From contig CAWIYV010000007.1 of the NCBI GenBank assembly GCA_963840455.1, forward strand, positions 192,001-256,000: a stretch of DNA of 64,000 nucleotides. The letters are read 5' to 3'. Below, one piece after another: positions 30,101 to 39,481 of this stretch; position 1 is the stretch's first letter; each line of letters opens with the position of its first letter. A program made the position numbers and the translations under genes. The notes beneath the pieces were generated by a model. The model was not told where the DNA came from, did no database searches, and worked only from the letters and a program-made list of their open reading frames with translations. The DNA is from Nitrospirota bacterium (GTDB taxonomy: Bacteria; Nitrospirota; UBA9217).

Positions 30101-30247
30101 CTTGCTCGCGACCCGGACAGGCTCCGGACCCTTGCGAAGCGGATGGGCTACGACGACAGCGACGGGTTCGCAGGGAAGAAGCTTCTTGCCGAATACGAAC
30201 GGACTCGCGCCAGGGTGCGGGGGATGTTCGATCGGATCCTGGCATGA
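27125..30247 (+). CDS. glnE: Glutamine synthetase adenylyltransferase / adenylyl-removing enzyme
   Basis: Two nucleotidyltransferase domains (GMGKLGGKELNFSSDIDL; GAGKLGGRELIYGSDLD), RVDLRLRP, KLGYGGIREIEF. Confidence 0.95.
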   Translation: MTNNNEISMDPAVLSAAGIQDAVQALRNLELVRKRLGPDAFAALLPSLLLSLKRSGDPDMALNHLERFLNEFEPVSQFVQEVRTRPAVLTDLIVLFGASRFLASHCIATASSTFPLLCHPAYLAHPADKELLAGRLAAMLQGLTREEDLFRRLRLFRKQEMLRIGLRDLLVMADLTETVAELSNLAEVCLQAAYERANAELRSRFGAPLIQSEDGSTRTAGFAVIGMGKLGGKELNFSSDIDLMYVYTADGETGGVPGPDGAPANRISNHQYFIKLAEKLNAAIGQNTDDGFVFRVDLRLRPEGQRGPLAQSLGGYEIYYESWGQVWERSALIKARPVAGDEAVGREFLERITPFVYRKYLDFGAIVEIREMKQKINRDVEQKGKTHRDVKLGYGGIREIEFLVQALQLIYGGRDRGLRERNTVIALHTLAQKGLLTYQEIAELSKAYAFLRTVEHRIQILNDLQTQTLPAGDAELRALARRTGYHEPGREAEALLSDYAAHAHRVRSIYDKLLSQSDQARDEERQQPVFSALLGPEISEQEAVDILGRYGFRDPSRAFRNIVLLREGQAFVHQTPRSRRVFNEMFPLLFEEFAASPDPDMALNYFESYLASQGSWDAFQAFMRQDVRALKVLVSVFGNSEYFSRMLVRSPALLEDLMDASREIGLGSSAFLEHGLNTALGKTATITDKLDVLRRFKHREELRIGMADLMGAIPLPTICRSLSRLADACLGAVLDLAAHETAKRCGVDGSCGGLAVIGAGKLGGRELIYGSDLDILFVYDEVRASAPPPGMTVFEYFSKMAERTISYLTTMTREGFAYRVDTRLRPSGSKGPLVQSLSAFKAYFSSQAETWERQSLVNSRCVAGDRSVGRDLLDTLQGLIYRDDDPAGLAAEVRAMRKRMQEERGREDAAQYNIKQGTGGLVDIEFLAQYLQLRHGKKHAWVRLPGTINALRALRKEGLLSREDHRLLCDAYLFLRRLESRLRIVANQSTSFLARDPDRLRTLAKRMGYDDSDGFAGKKLLAEYERTRARVRGMFDRILA

Positions 30248-30280
30248 TGCATTGCCATATACCGCTTGAACGATCTTTCA

Positions 30281-30319
30281 AAAAAAAGGGACAGGCGAGG
30301 TAATGCCTGTCCCTCTTTT
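30281..30319 (+). terminator. Intrinsic terminator after glnE
   Basis: GGGACAGGC-loop-GCCTGTCCC followed by TCTTTT, with an A tract on the left. Confidence 0.7.
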
Positions 30320-30466
30320 GCTGCCATTCGAGAACTCCTGCTCTAGCCAAGAAGTAAAAATGAGTCAAGGCACCGTGACGAGAAAAGACCTGCTTCGGCT
30401 TTTACCCTCCCAACTTGTCTCTTGACTCTGCACGGCCAGGTACGTTAGACTCACGCTCAAATTATT

Positions 30467-31378
30467 ATGGCTCGCCTTCATCTGCTCCCAACTTGGCATC
30501 CCGCCTACTGGCCTACCTGGCTGGGACTCGGTGTTATGCGGATCGTCTCCCTTCTGCCGATGCCCCTCATTTGGGCAGTGGGTAATATCCTCGGCGCCTT
30601 TATCCATCTATTCCCCTCAAAGATCAAGAGAGTGGCCCTGATCAATATCGGCCTTTGTTTTCCAGAGCTCGATAAGAAAGGTCAGCAGCGGCTTGTTCGT
30701 CGTCACTTCCGCTCCCTCGGCGTCTCGATCTTGTCCTATGGTCTAGGTTGGTGGTCGTCGCCGGCCCGCCTTCACCGGCTGGTGAGGTTTCGCGATCGGC
30801 ACCACTATGACAACGCCATTGCCGCGGGAAGGAGAATCATCCTGCTCACGCCCCATTTCATTGCGTTTGACGTCTGCGGTATCTGTCTGGGTAGTGAAAG
30901 ACCGATGATCACCATGTACCGCGAGTCGCGGAACAGGCTGCTCGACCGCATGCTCAGGAAGCGTTCACGGTTCGCTGGGGTGCTCTTCGAGCGGAAATCC
31001 AACCTCAAGGCCCTCATCCGGTACCTCAGGGAAGGCAGGCCGTTCTATTATCTGCCTGACCAGGACCCGGGCGGCGCGGAAGGGATATTTGTGCCGTTCT
31101 TCGGCGTTCCCGCCGCTACGGTCACTGCCTTCAGCCGCATCGCCAAGATGACGGATGCCGCGGTCATTCCCTGTTACAATCGCGTTTTGCCCTGGGGCAG
31201 GGGATTCGAGGTGCGTTTTGAAGAACCGCTTCGGAACTTTCCTACCGACGACCCGGAAAAGGACGCACGGCGCATGAACGAGGAGATCGAGAAGGCCATC
31301 CGACGAAATCCGGAGCAATACCTTTGGGGCTACCGCCGCTTCAAGACCCGTCCCGAAGGCAGTCCGCCGGTCTATTGA
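30467..31378 (+). CDS. lpxL: Lipid A lauroyl/myristoyl acyltransferase (HtrB/LpxL family)
   Basis: N-terminal TM, LTPHFIAFD (HX4D), PDQD, VPFFG, PEQYLWGYRRFKTRP. Confidence 0.85.
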   Translation: MARLHLLPTWHPAYWPTWLGLGVMRIVSLLPMPLIWAVGNILGAFIHLFPSKIKRVALINIGLCFPELDKKGQQRLVRRHFRSLGVSILSYGLGWWSSPARLHRLVRFRDRHHYDNAIAAGRRIILLTPHFIAFDVCGICLGSERPMITMYRESRNRLLDRMLRKRSRFAGVLFERKSNLKALIRYLREGRPFYYLPDQDPGGAEGIFVPFFGVPAATVTAFSRIAKMTDAAVIPCYNRVLPWGRGFEVRFEEPLRNFPTDDPEKDARRMNEEIEKAIRRNPEQYLWGYRRFKTRPEGSPPVY

Positions 31379-31663
31379 TAAACCAGGAAAGGTCTAAGGT
31401 GGAAGGCTGTAGGAGAGGGATAGCGTAATTATTGTCTGACCTTGGTACCCTGTATCCTGTCTCTTCTCCTTCCATCCATAAATGATTTTTATAGCGCCTA
31501 TGAATGATTTAATGGAGAGATTTTTAATTTTTCTTGACAGAATCTCTATCATTATAATAACATAGCGACCGATTCAAAATACAACACCGCGATTGCATAA
31601 CGCACTGATAATGTTGCCATAATGGTCGGTATGCCTGGTAACTAAGGAGGATAAGCACAGGAA

Positions 31664-32680
31664 ATGACACAGCGGTATTCATTATTACTTATCACTGCCC
31701 TTGTTGTGGTTTTGACCGCGGGTTTTGCACACGCAGCGTCTGATGCTGTTCCGGCTGCGCCGGTCGGTCATGCCGATCCTCATGCCTCGACCGCGACAAC
31801 GGCTCCTGTTACGCCCGAAGCGCCCAGGTCCACGGTGCCCTGGTGGGTCTGGCCGCTGGCGCTGTTCATCGTGACCTTCATCCTGGGCATCCTTGCGGTG
31901 CTCGGCGGTGTCGGAGGCGGCGTGCTGTTCGTGCCTATCGTCGGCGGGTTCTTTCCCTTCAACATCGATTTTGTGAGAGGCGCGGGCCTTCTGGTAGCCC
32001 TGGCAGGCGCTCTTGCGGCGGGACCGGGTCTGTTGAAACGGAACCTGGCGAGCATCCGCCTCGCACTGCCTGTTGCGCTGATCGCTTCGGCGGCGGCCAT
32101 CGTCGGTGCGATGATCGGTCTGGCGCTCAAGCCGAATGTGGTCAATACGCTCCTCGGCGCGACGATCCTGTTCATTGTGGCCATCATGGCGACGGCGAAA
32201 AAATCCGACTTCCCTCATGTGGAGCAGCCTGACAAACTCTCGCAAGCCCTCGGCATCATGGGTATCTACCGCGAAGAGTCCATCGGCAAGGACGTGGAGT
32301 GGAACGTCCACAAGACACCGATCGGCCTGGCTCTCTTCGTCGTCATCGGCATCATGGCGGGCATGTTCGGCCTTGGCGCCGGGTGGGCCAACGTGCCGGT
32401 GCTGAACCTGCTCATGGGGGCGCCGCTCAAGATCTCGGTCGCCACGAGCAAATTCCTGCTCTCCATCACCGACACCTCCGCCGCCTGGGTGTACCTGAAC
32501 CAGGGCGCGGTGCTGCCGATGATCGTTGTGCCGTCGCTGGTCGGCATCATGCTCGGCTCCATGATCGGCGTGAAGATCCTGGCCAAGGCAAAACCCAAGG
32601 CCATCAAGTGGATGGTCATCGGTTTGTTGCTCTTCGCCGGCCTGCGGTCCCTGCTCAAGGGGCTGGGAATCTGGAAATAG
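31664..32680 (+). CDS. TauE/SafE-family (TSUP) transporter
   Basis: GGVGGGVLFVP and GMFGLGAGWANVP repeats; multiple TM segments. Confidence 0.88.
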   Translation: MTQRYSLLLITALVVVLTAGFAHAASDAVPAAPVGHADPHASTATTAPVTPEAPRSTVPWWVWPLALFIVTFILGILAVLGGVGGGVLFVPIVGGFFPFNIDFVRGAGLLVALAGALAAGPGLLKRNLASIRLALPVALIASAAAIVGAMIGLALKPNVVNTLLGATILFIVAIMATAKKSDFPHVEQPDKLSQALGIMGIYREESIGKDVEWNVHKTPIGLALFVVIGIMAGMFGLGAGWANVPVLNLLMGAPLKISVATSKFLLSITDTSAAWVYLNQGAVLPMIVVPSLVGIMLGSMIGVKILAKAKPKAIKWMVIGLLLFAGLRSLLKGLGIWK

Positions 32681-32692
32681 GGGGATACCACC

Positions 32693-33109
32693 ATGAGTGA
32701 CAAAACCAAAGCATCGGAAGAACAGATCGCCTACGCGAACGTCCTGAACATCGGGATGTGGTTCGGACTTGCGCTGCTCATCATCACCTTCTTCGTCTAT
32801 CTGTCGGGTGCCCTGCCGAGCTATGTGCCGATCGACGACCTGCCGAAGTACTGGACCATGCGGGTCCATGATTTCAATGTCGCCCTCAACGCACCAACGG
32901 GCTGGGGATGGGTGTCGCTCGTCGGGAAGGGCGATTACCTCAACTTCGTCGGTATCGCGATCCTGTCGGGCCTCACGATCCTGTGCTACCTGGTGATCCT
33001 GCCGATCCTGGCCAGGAAAAAGGACCGGGCCTACGTCGTCATCGCTATCGCTGAAGTACTGGTGTTGTCGCTCGCGGCAAGCGGCCTGCTCAAGGTCGGC
33101 GGGCATTGA
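32693..33109 (+). CDS. DUF1634-like membrane protein, TauE partner
   Basis: 3 TM segments, EEQIAYA, GWGW...GDYLNF; typical position after tauE. Confidence 0.72.
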   Translation: MSDKTKASEEQIAYANVLNIGMWFGLALLIITFFVYLSGALPSYVPIDDLPKYWTMRVHDFNVALNAPTGWGWVSLVGKGDYLNFVGIAILSGLTILCYLVILPILARKKDRAYVVIAIAEVLVLSLAASGLLKVGGH

Positions 33110-33144
33110 TCGTTCCCGAAGTGAATCTCAAGGGTTACCATGAC

Positions 33145-33175
33145 GCAGGCGGCCGAACAGACCGCCTGTTTTTTT
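33145..33175 (+). terminator. Intrinsic terminator
   Basis: GCAGGCGG-loop-CCGCCTG followed by a T run. Confidence 0.7.
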
Positions 33176-33557
33176 GTCTTCTGGTAGCCCCGGCCTATTT
33201 TCCCATTGACTCGCACCGGTCATTTGGTGTAAGTTTTTACGCGGTCCCTACTGGTATTTGAAATGAGGAAGTGAAGTGATCTTTTTTCTCGGCAGCATAC
33301 TATCCCTGTCCTTTGTATCCCTGTTCGTCCCGATGCCCGAAGTACCCATCCTGAAGTCCTATCAGCGCATGCTCATTCCCGGAACGCTCTTTCTCATCCC
33401 ATTTGCGTTTATGGCCGCGTCCGTTCGCCGGTTGTCAGGCAGCAGTGCCCTGCCGGGGAGCGGTCCGATCCCGTCATCTTGCCCCCCGCTCGTCACCTGA
33501 TGGCTATTCCGATTCACCATAGATAACAAGACTTATTCTTCCGAAAGGGACCAGCAC

Positions 33558-35312
33558 GTGTCACACGAAAAAATCAAGCCGAAGATCATCACCGTTTTCA
33601 AGCAGGGCTATTCCAGCCCGGTCTTTTTCAAGGACCTGACCGCAGGCATCATCGTCGGCATTGTCGCCCTGCCGCTTGCCATTGCCTTCGCCATAGCCTC
33701 AGGAGTGAAACCCGAGCAGGGACTGTATACCGCCATCGTTGCAGGGTTCCTCATATCGCTGCTCAGCGGAAGCCGTGTTCAGATCGGCGGCCCCACGGGC
33801 GCTTTCATCGTCATCATTTACGGCATCGTCCAGAAATTCGGGTACAACGGCCTGGTGATCGCAACGATCATGGCGGGTGTACTGCTCATCATCATGGGGT
33901 TTGCCAAGCTCGGTGCCGTGATCAAGTACATTCCCTATCCGGTCACCGTAGGTTTCACAGCGGGGATCGCTCTGATCATCGCGATGGGCCAACTCCGCGA
34001 CCTCCTGGGGCTTCACATGGAGAAGGTACCCGCGGAATTCATCGAAAAGATCGTCGCCTATTCCGAGCATGCAGGCTCGATCACACCCATTGCAGCGGTG
34101 ATCGGTATTGCGACGATCGCCATCGTTTTCCTCTGGCCACGGGTAACGCAGCGCGTGCCCGGCTCCTTGGTGGCCATCCTGGTGACGACAACAGCCGTTC
34201 AGCTCATGGATCTGCCGGTCGAAACGATCGGGAGCAGGTTCGGCAGCGTATCCGGTTCCCTGCCTTCGTTCCGTCTGCCCCAGGTCGATTGGCGCACGCT
34301 GTCCTCGCTGGTCTCTCCGGCCATCACGATCGCTCTGCTGGCCGGCATCGAGTCGCTGCTTTCAGCAGTCGTGGCGGACGGTATGACCGGCCGAAAGCAC
34401 CGGTCGAACATGGAACTCATCGCCCAGGGCGTGGCGAACATCGCCTCGCCGCTCTTCGGGGGCATACCGGCCACCGGCGCCATTGCGCGGACGGCCACGA
34501 ACATCAAGAACGGCGGCCTCACGCCGATCGCCGGGATCATCCACGCAGTCGTCCTGATGCTCATCATGCTCTTTTTCGGCAAATGGGCTGCCCTCATCCC
34601 CATGGCCACGCTTGCGGGCATTCTGGTCGTGGTCGCCTACAACATGAGCGAGTGGCATCATTTCGTAAAGCTGCTCAAGAGCCCGAAAATGGACATTGCC
34701 GTGCTGCTGGTGACGTTCTTCCTCACAATCCTCGTCGACCTGACGGTGGCGATCCAGGCTGGCGTGGTCCTCGCGGCGCTCCTGTTCATGAAGCGCATGT
34801 CCGATGTGACCCAGGTAGGCTATATTACCTCGATGGTAGGCTTCGAAGAGGAGGACGAGGAGGACGCGAAAGCGGACCCGAACAACATCAATAAGTTCTC
34901 CGTTCCCGAAGGGGTCGAGGTCTTCGAGGTGAACGGGCCGTTCTTCTTCGGCGCGGCGGAGCGGTTCAAACATACGCTCAATCTGATCGTGAAGAAACCG
35001 AAGGTCCTGATCCTGCGGACGCGCACCGTGCTGGCCATGGATGCCACGGCGCTGCACGCGCTGGAAGAGGTGTACGATATGACCAAACGGGAAAGGACCG
35101 TGCTCGTGCTTGCCGGGATCCATGCACAGCCCATGATCGCGATGGATAAGGCAGGTTTTCTCGATAAGATTGGGGTCGAGAATGTGTTCGAGAACCTCGC
35201 CGACGCGTTAAAGCGGGCGCGGGCCATCGTTGGCGCTCCCCGGCCATATCTGCAGGCGCCCGCGGACCTGGAGGTCGACTGGGAAAAGGCGCCGGGAACC
35301 AAGGTGAAGTGA
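33558..35312 (+). CDS. SulP/SLC26 anion transporter with STAS domain
   Basis: DLTAGIIVGIVALPLAIAF, QIGGPTGAF, ESLLSAVVADGM, PATGAIARTATN; STAS GPFFFG. Confidence 0.92.
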   Translation: MSHEKIKPKIITVFKQGYSSPVFFKDLTAGIIVGIVALPLAIAFAIASGVKPEQGLYTAIVAGFLISLLSGSRVQIGGPTGAFIVIIYGIVQKFGYNGLVIATIMAGVLLIIMGFAKLGAVIKYIPYPVTVGFTAGIALIIAMGQLRDLLGLHMEKVPAEFIEKIVAYSEHAGSITPIAAVIGIATIAIVFLWPRVTQRVPGSLVAILVTTTAVQLMDLPVETIGSRFGSVSGSLPSFRLPQVDWRTLSSLVSPAITIALLAGIESLLSAVVADGMTGRKHRSNMELIAQGVANIASPLFGGIPATGAIARTATNIKNGGLTPIAGIIHAVVLMLIMLFFGKWAALIPMATLAGILVVVAYNMSEWHHFVKLLKSPKMDIAVLLVTFFLTILVDLTVAIQAGVVLAALLFMKRMSDVTQVGYITSMVGFEEEDEEDAKADPNNINKFSVPEGVEVFEVNGPFFFGAAERFKHTLNLIVKKPKVLILRTRTVLAMDATALHALEEVYDMTKRERTVLVLAGIHAQPMIAMDKAGFLDKIGVENVFENLADALKRARAIVGAPRPYLQAPADLEVDWEKAPGTKVK

Positions 35313-35568
35313 GCGCCCGGCTGCCCCGGAAATGTTCTTGACTACCGTCGAGCGGTTGTAGTAAATTCTTTCTGTTCGTGCCATACGCGTTGCCGTGCAT
35401 CGCCGGCAGTACGGTATTTGATAACATGAGCATCGAAAGCAATCAACCTTCGGGCAAAGCTCCTCGTGCGCCGTTCGCGGCCGCTCTACCATCCGGGGTA
35501 TCGAAAACAGGACCTCGTACCGGGCTCTCCCTGTACCGCCTGACGTTTAGGGCCGGGGGGAGGAGAGC

Positions 35569-37611
35569 ATGAGCCTGTCGCCCTTTCTCCTGATGTCCTG
35601 TTCTTTTCTTCTCCTGGCGTTTCTCCTGCTGCTCACACCGTTCCTGCGATCCAATCAAAAGCTCCTCATCGTCTCCGGGTCCTTCCTGATGACGGTCGCA
35701 TCGCTTGCGGCCGTCGCCGCCGGTGTCTGGACCGTATCGGACGACATGGTGAGCCGCGTCGTCCTTCCGCTGGGCCTGCCTGATCTCCCGTTCCACATCC
35801 GCCTTGATCAGCTGTCAGGGTTCTTTCTGGTCGTGATCGGACTGCTTTCCTCCTTTGTCTCCCTCTATTCCCTGGGCTACCTCAAGGGATACCTGGGCCT
35901 CCGGTCGGTGACCAGCCTGGTCGTCTTCTCCGCTCTCTTCCTGGCGGGCATGTTCCTGGTGGTCCTTGCTGATGACGCTTTTTTCTTCCTCATTGCCTGG
36001 GAGATGATGGCAGCCTCGTCCTACTTTCTGGTCCTCTTCGAAGATGAACGCGTCGAGAACCGGCGCGCCGCCTTCCTCTATCTGGTTGTTGCTCATGTCG
36101 GCGCCATCGCCATCCTGCTGTCCTTCGGCGTCATGGCGGGGCTGGCCACTGGCTTCACGGGCTTCCAGAGCTATACCTTCGACGCGATGCGGGAGACCGA
36201 CTTGCCCGCGGGGCTCGCGTCGGTGGCCTTTCTCCTGGCGTTCTTCGGCTTCTCGGCCAAGGCGGGAGTCATCCCGCTCCATGTCTGGCTGCCGGAAGCG
36301 CATCCGGTCGCGCCGTCCAATGTGTCCGCCCTCATGAGCGGCGTGATGCTCAAGACCGCCATCTACGGCATCGTTCGGGTCGTCTTCGACCTCATTGGAG
36401 ACTTTCCCTGGTGGTGGGGCGCGCTGGTGCTGGTCTTCGGCCTCGTTTCGGCCGTCCTGGGCGTGCTCTACGCCTTGATGCAGCATGATCTGAAGCGGCT
36501 CCTTGCCTATCACTCCGTGGAGAACATCGGGATCATCCTCATCGGCATCGGGCTTGCCATGATCTTCACGTCCTTCGACCTGCCTCTCCTGGCCGCGCTG
36601 GCGCTCATCGCCGGCCTGTATCACACGCTGAACCACGCGCTGTTCAAGGGCCTGCTCTTCATGGGTGCGGGCGCGGTTCTCCACGCGACCCATGAACGGA
36701 ACATGGAGGAGATGGGGGGGCTCATACGCTTCATGCCCTGGACCGCGGTGTTCTTCCTCGTCGGCTGCATCTCGATCTCTGCGCTCCCGCCGTTCAATGG
36801 GTTCGTGTCCGAATGGCTCACCTACCAGGCGTTCCTCCTCTCGCCGGGTCTGCCGAGCCCGCTGTTGAACCTGCTCATTCCGCTCGGCGCAGCGCTCCTT
36901 GCCCTCACCAGCGCCCTCGCGGCAGCCTGTTTCGTCAAGGCCTTCGGCGTGACCTTCCTAGGCCACCGGCGCGGGCATCATCACGGCATCGTTCACGAGG
37001 TGGGGTGGTCCATGCGGATCGGCATGATGCTGGCATCGCTTTCCTGCCTGGCCCTCGGCGTCCTGCCCACGGTCGTGATCCAGTGGATGGACCCCCTTGC
37101 CGAGATGCTGGTCGGCGGGACGATCGCCGCCTCGGCCTCGGGTTTCGGATGGATGTGGCTCACCCCCATTGCCGCTGAACGCGCTTCCTATTCCGCCCCG
37201 GTCGCCTTCATCGGGATCCTCTCTGTCGTAGTCGTGACCTATCTGCTCCTGCATGCCCGGCCGGGAGCGCTGCATCGGGTGCCGCTCTGGGACTGCGGGT
37301 TTGAAAAGATCACCAGCCGGATGCAGTACACAGCCACGTCCTTTGCCATGCCGATCAGGAGGATCTTCGGGTTCCTCTTCAGCATCAAGGAACAAGCAGG
37401 CCAGCTTCCACCAGCTGCGCACCCGGCGTTCCCGCAGCGGCTGTACTACCACCTGCGGGTGCGGGACCGTTTCTGGATGTGGATCTACCAGCCTGTCGTG
37501 GACGCGAGCTTCTGGCTTTCCCGCAGGATCGGGAGGATGCAGCACGGCCGCATCCAGATCTATCTGATCTATTCGTTCGTGACGATCCTCGTTCTTCTGA
37601 TATTCCTGTGA
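35569..37611 (+). CDS. hyfB: Hydrogenase-4/Ehr antiporter-like membrane subunit
   Basis: AWEMM, KAGVIPLHVWLPEAHP, KRLLAYHSVENIG, NHALFKGLLF. Confidence 0.85.
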   Translation: MSLSPFLLMSCSFLLLAFLLLLTPFLRSNQKLLIVSGSFLMTVASLAAVAAGVWTVSDDMVSRVVLPLGLPDLPFHIRLDQLSGFFLVVIGLLSSFVSLYSLGYLKGYLGLRSVTSLVVFSALFLAGMFLVVLADDAFFFLIAWEMMAASSYFLVLFEDERVENRRAAFLYLVVAHVGAIAILLSFGVMAGLATGFTGFQSYTFDAMRETDLPAGLASVAFLLAFFGFSAKAGVIPLHVWLPEAHPVAPSNVSALMSGVMLKTAIYGIVRVVFDLIGDFPWWWGALVLVFGLVSAVLGVLYALMQHDLKRLLAYHSVENIGIILIGIGLAMIFTSFDLPLLAALALIAGLYHTLNHALFKGLLFMGAGAVLHATHERNMEEMGGLIRFMPWTAVFFLVGCISISALPPFNGFVSEWLTYQAFLLSPGLPSPLLNLLIPLGAALLALTSALAAACFVKAFGVTFLGHRRGHHHGIVHEVGWSMRIGMMLASLSCLALGVLPTVVIQWMDPLAEMLVGGTIAASASGFGWMWLTPIAAERASYSAPVAFIGILSVVVVTYLLLHARPGALHRVPLWDCGFEKITSRMQYTATSFAMPIRRIFGFLFSIKEQAGQLPPAAHPAFPQRLYYHLRVRDRFWMWIYQPVVDASFWLSRRIGRMQHGRIQIYLIYSFVTILVLLIFL

Positions 37612-37691
37612 CGGGACAGTGACGGAAAGAACAGGATCGACGGTAGGTACAGGATCTTGAACGCGGGTCTGGTTTTGTACGGGGGGCTTCA

Positions 37692-38636
37692 TTGAATCTC
37701 CATCCTTTCCTCATAGAACTGGCGCAGGTCGTTGTGCTTTTGTTCGTCGCGCCGCTGTTCGCCGGCTGGGTGAAGATGGTGAAATGCTGGTTCCAGGGAC
37801 GCACGTCGCCGAGCCTTTTCCAGCCCTTCCGGGACATCAGGAAACTGTTCTCGAAGGACGTGACCCTGGCCGAGAACGCATCGTGGATCTTCCGGTTCAC
37901 CCCCTATCTGGTCTTCGGTGTTTCGGTCATGGCCGGCGGCATCATCCCCATCCTTTCCCGGGACCTGCCGCTCTCGGCAACGGCGGACGTCATCGCCCTT
38001 GTCGCGCTCTTCGCCATCGCGCGGTTCTTCACGGCCCTGGCAGGTATGGACATCGGCACCGCGTTCGGCGGCATGGGATCAAGCAGGGAAATGACCATCG
38101 CGTCCCTGGCCGAGCCCGCCATGCTCATGGCCGTGTTCGCTGTTTCGCTGGTCGGGAAGTCGACGTCCCTGTCCCAGATGTCCTCCGTCATTGCGCAGGG
38201 CCATTCGCTGCTCCGGCCGTCGCTGGTCTTCGCGCTCCTGGCCTTCATCCTGATCGCCCTTGCCGAAACGGGAAGGGTGCCGGTCGACAACCCGGCGACC
38301 CACCTGGAACTCACCATGATCCACGAGGCCATGATCCTTGAATATTCCGGGAGACACCTCGCCCTCATCGAATGGGCCGGCATGATGAAGCTCTTTCTCT
38401 TTGTTGCGCTGGGGATCGCGTCGTTCTTTCCCTGGGGGACCGCGCCGCACGGAGACCCGGCCTCCATTGTCGTCGCCTTGCTGTCCCTGCTGCTGAAGCT
38501 GGGGGTGGTGGGCATCGGTCTGGTGCTGATCGAAACCGGACTGGCCAAGATGCGGATCTTTCGCATCACCGAGTTCCTCGGCAGCGCATTTCTCTTTGCC
38601 ACGATCGGGATGATGTCGTATTTCATGCTGGAGTAA
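37692..38636 (+). CDS. hyfC: NuoH/HycD-like membrane subunit
   Basis: FQPFRDIRKL, GGMGSSRE, AETGRVPVDNP..HLELTMIHEAM. Confidence 0.85.
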   Translation: MNLHPFLIELAQVVVLLFVAPLFAGWVKMVKCWFQGRTSPSLFQPFRDIRKLFSKDVTLAENASWIFRFTPYLVFGVSVMAGGIIPILSRDLPLSATADVIALVALFAIARFFTALAGMDIGTAFGGMGSSREMTIASLAEPAMLMAVFAVSLVGKSTSLSQMSSVIAQGHSLLRPSLVFALLAFILIALAETGRVPVDNPATHLELTMIHEAMILEYSGRHLALIEWAGMMKLFLFVALGIASFFPWGTAPHGDPASIVVALLSLLLKLGVVGIGLVLIETGLAKMRIFRITEFLGSAFLFATIGMMSYFMLE

Positions 38637-38730
38637 GTGGCAGGGAGACGTAGCAAATGGCAAGGAGCGCATAACGAAGGGCTGGATTCCTTCATGACTT
38701 GATCCATACCGCTTGACCCTGAGGTAAACT

Positions 38731-39396
38731 ATGAATCCCCATCTTGCGTCGCAACTGAACAGCCTGCTTGCAGCGATGATCCTGCTGACCGCCTTTGGCC
38801 TCGTTGTCCAGCGGAGGATGAACGCGTTGTTGCACCTCTTCGCCTGGCAGGGATTCCTGCTGGCCGTAAGCACCGCCATCGTGGGCTATATGGGCGGCGC
38901 GCACGACCTGTACATTTCGTCGGTCCTGACGCTCACGATCAAGGTTGTGCTGCTCCCGTACATCCTGCACAAGCTCATCGTGCAGCTCAAGATCCACAAG
39001 GAGATCGAGAGCGTGGTCAATGTCCCCACGACGATGCTGATGGGAATCGTCCTGGTGATCTTCTCCTATCACCTGACCGCACCGATCAGGGAGCTCTCGA
39101 CGCTCGTGACCCGGTCGACGCTGGCTGTTGCCCTGGCCACGGTCATGCTGGGCTTCCTGATGATGATCACCCGCAAGCACGCGGTCACGCAGATCATCGG
39201 GTTCCTGGCCATGGAGAATGGCCTCCTGTTCGCGGCCACAAGTGCTACCTACGGCATGCCGCTGGTGGTCGAACTGGGCGTGGCCCTGGACCTGCTGATC
39301 GCGGCATTCATCTTCGGTCTTTTCTTCTTCCATATCCGGACGACCTTCGACAGTCTTGATGTGGACCAGATGGCGAGGCTGAAAGAAGAGGATTAG
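38731..39396 (+). CDS. hyfE: Hydrogenase-4 membrane subunit E-like
   Basis: Multi-TM; QIIGFLAMENG, MPLVVELGVALD. Confidence 0.82.
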   Translation: MNPHLASQLNSLLAAMILLTAFGLVVQRRMNALLHLFAWQGFLLAVSTAIVGYMGGAHDLYISSVLTLTIKVVLLPYILHKLIVQLKIHKEIESVVNVPTTMLMGIVLVIFSYHLTAPIRELSTLVTRSTLAVALATVMLGFLMMITRKHAVTQIIGFLAMENGLLFAATSATYGMPLVVELGVALDLLIAAFIFGLFFFHIRTTFDSLDVDQMARLKEED

Positions 39397-39481
39397 GATC
39401 GGTTGAAGGTTAGAAAGGCGAGGAGGGAAGAAGGGCGGTCTTACCCTCTTGCCTTCTTGCTTTCGGAGGTGCTGACGTCTC

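Noticed and set aside
35330-35560. Riboswitch in the leader of hyfB (contains GGGCAAA)
   Set aside because: The remaining c-di-GMP-I or other aptamer consensus could not be matched by eye; an Rfam scan would be needed.
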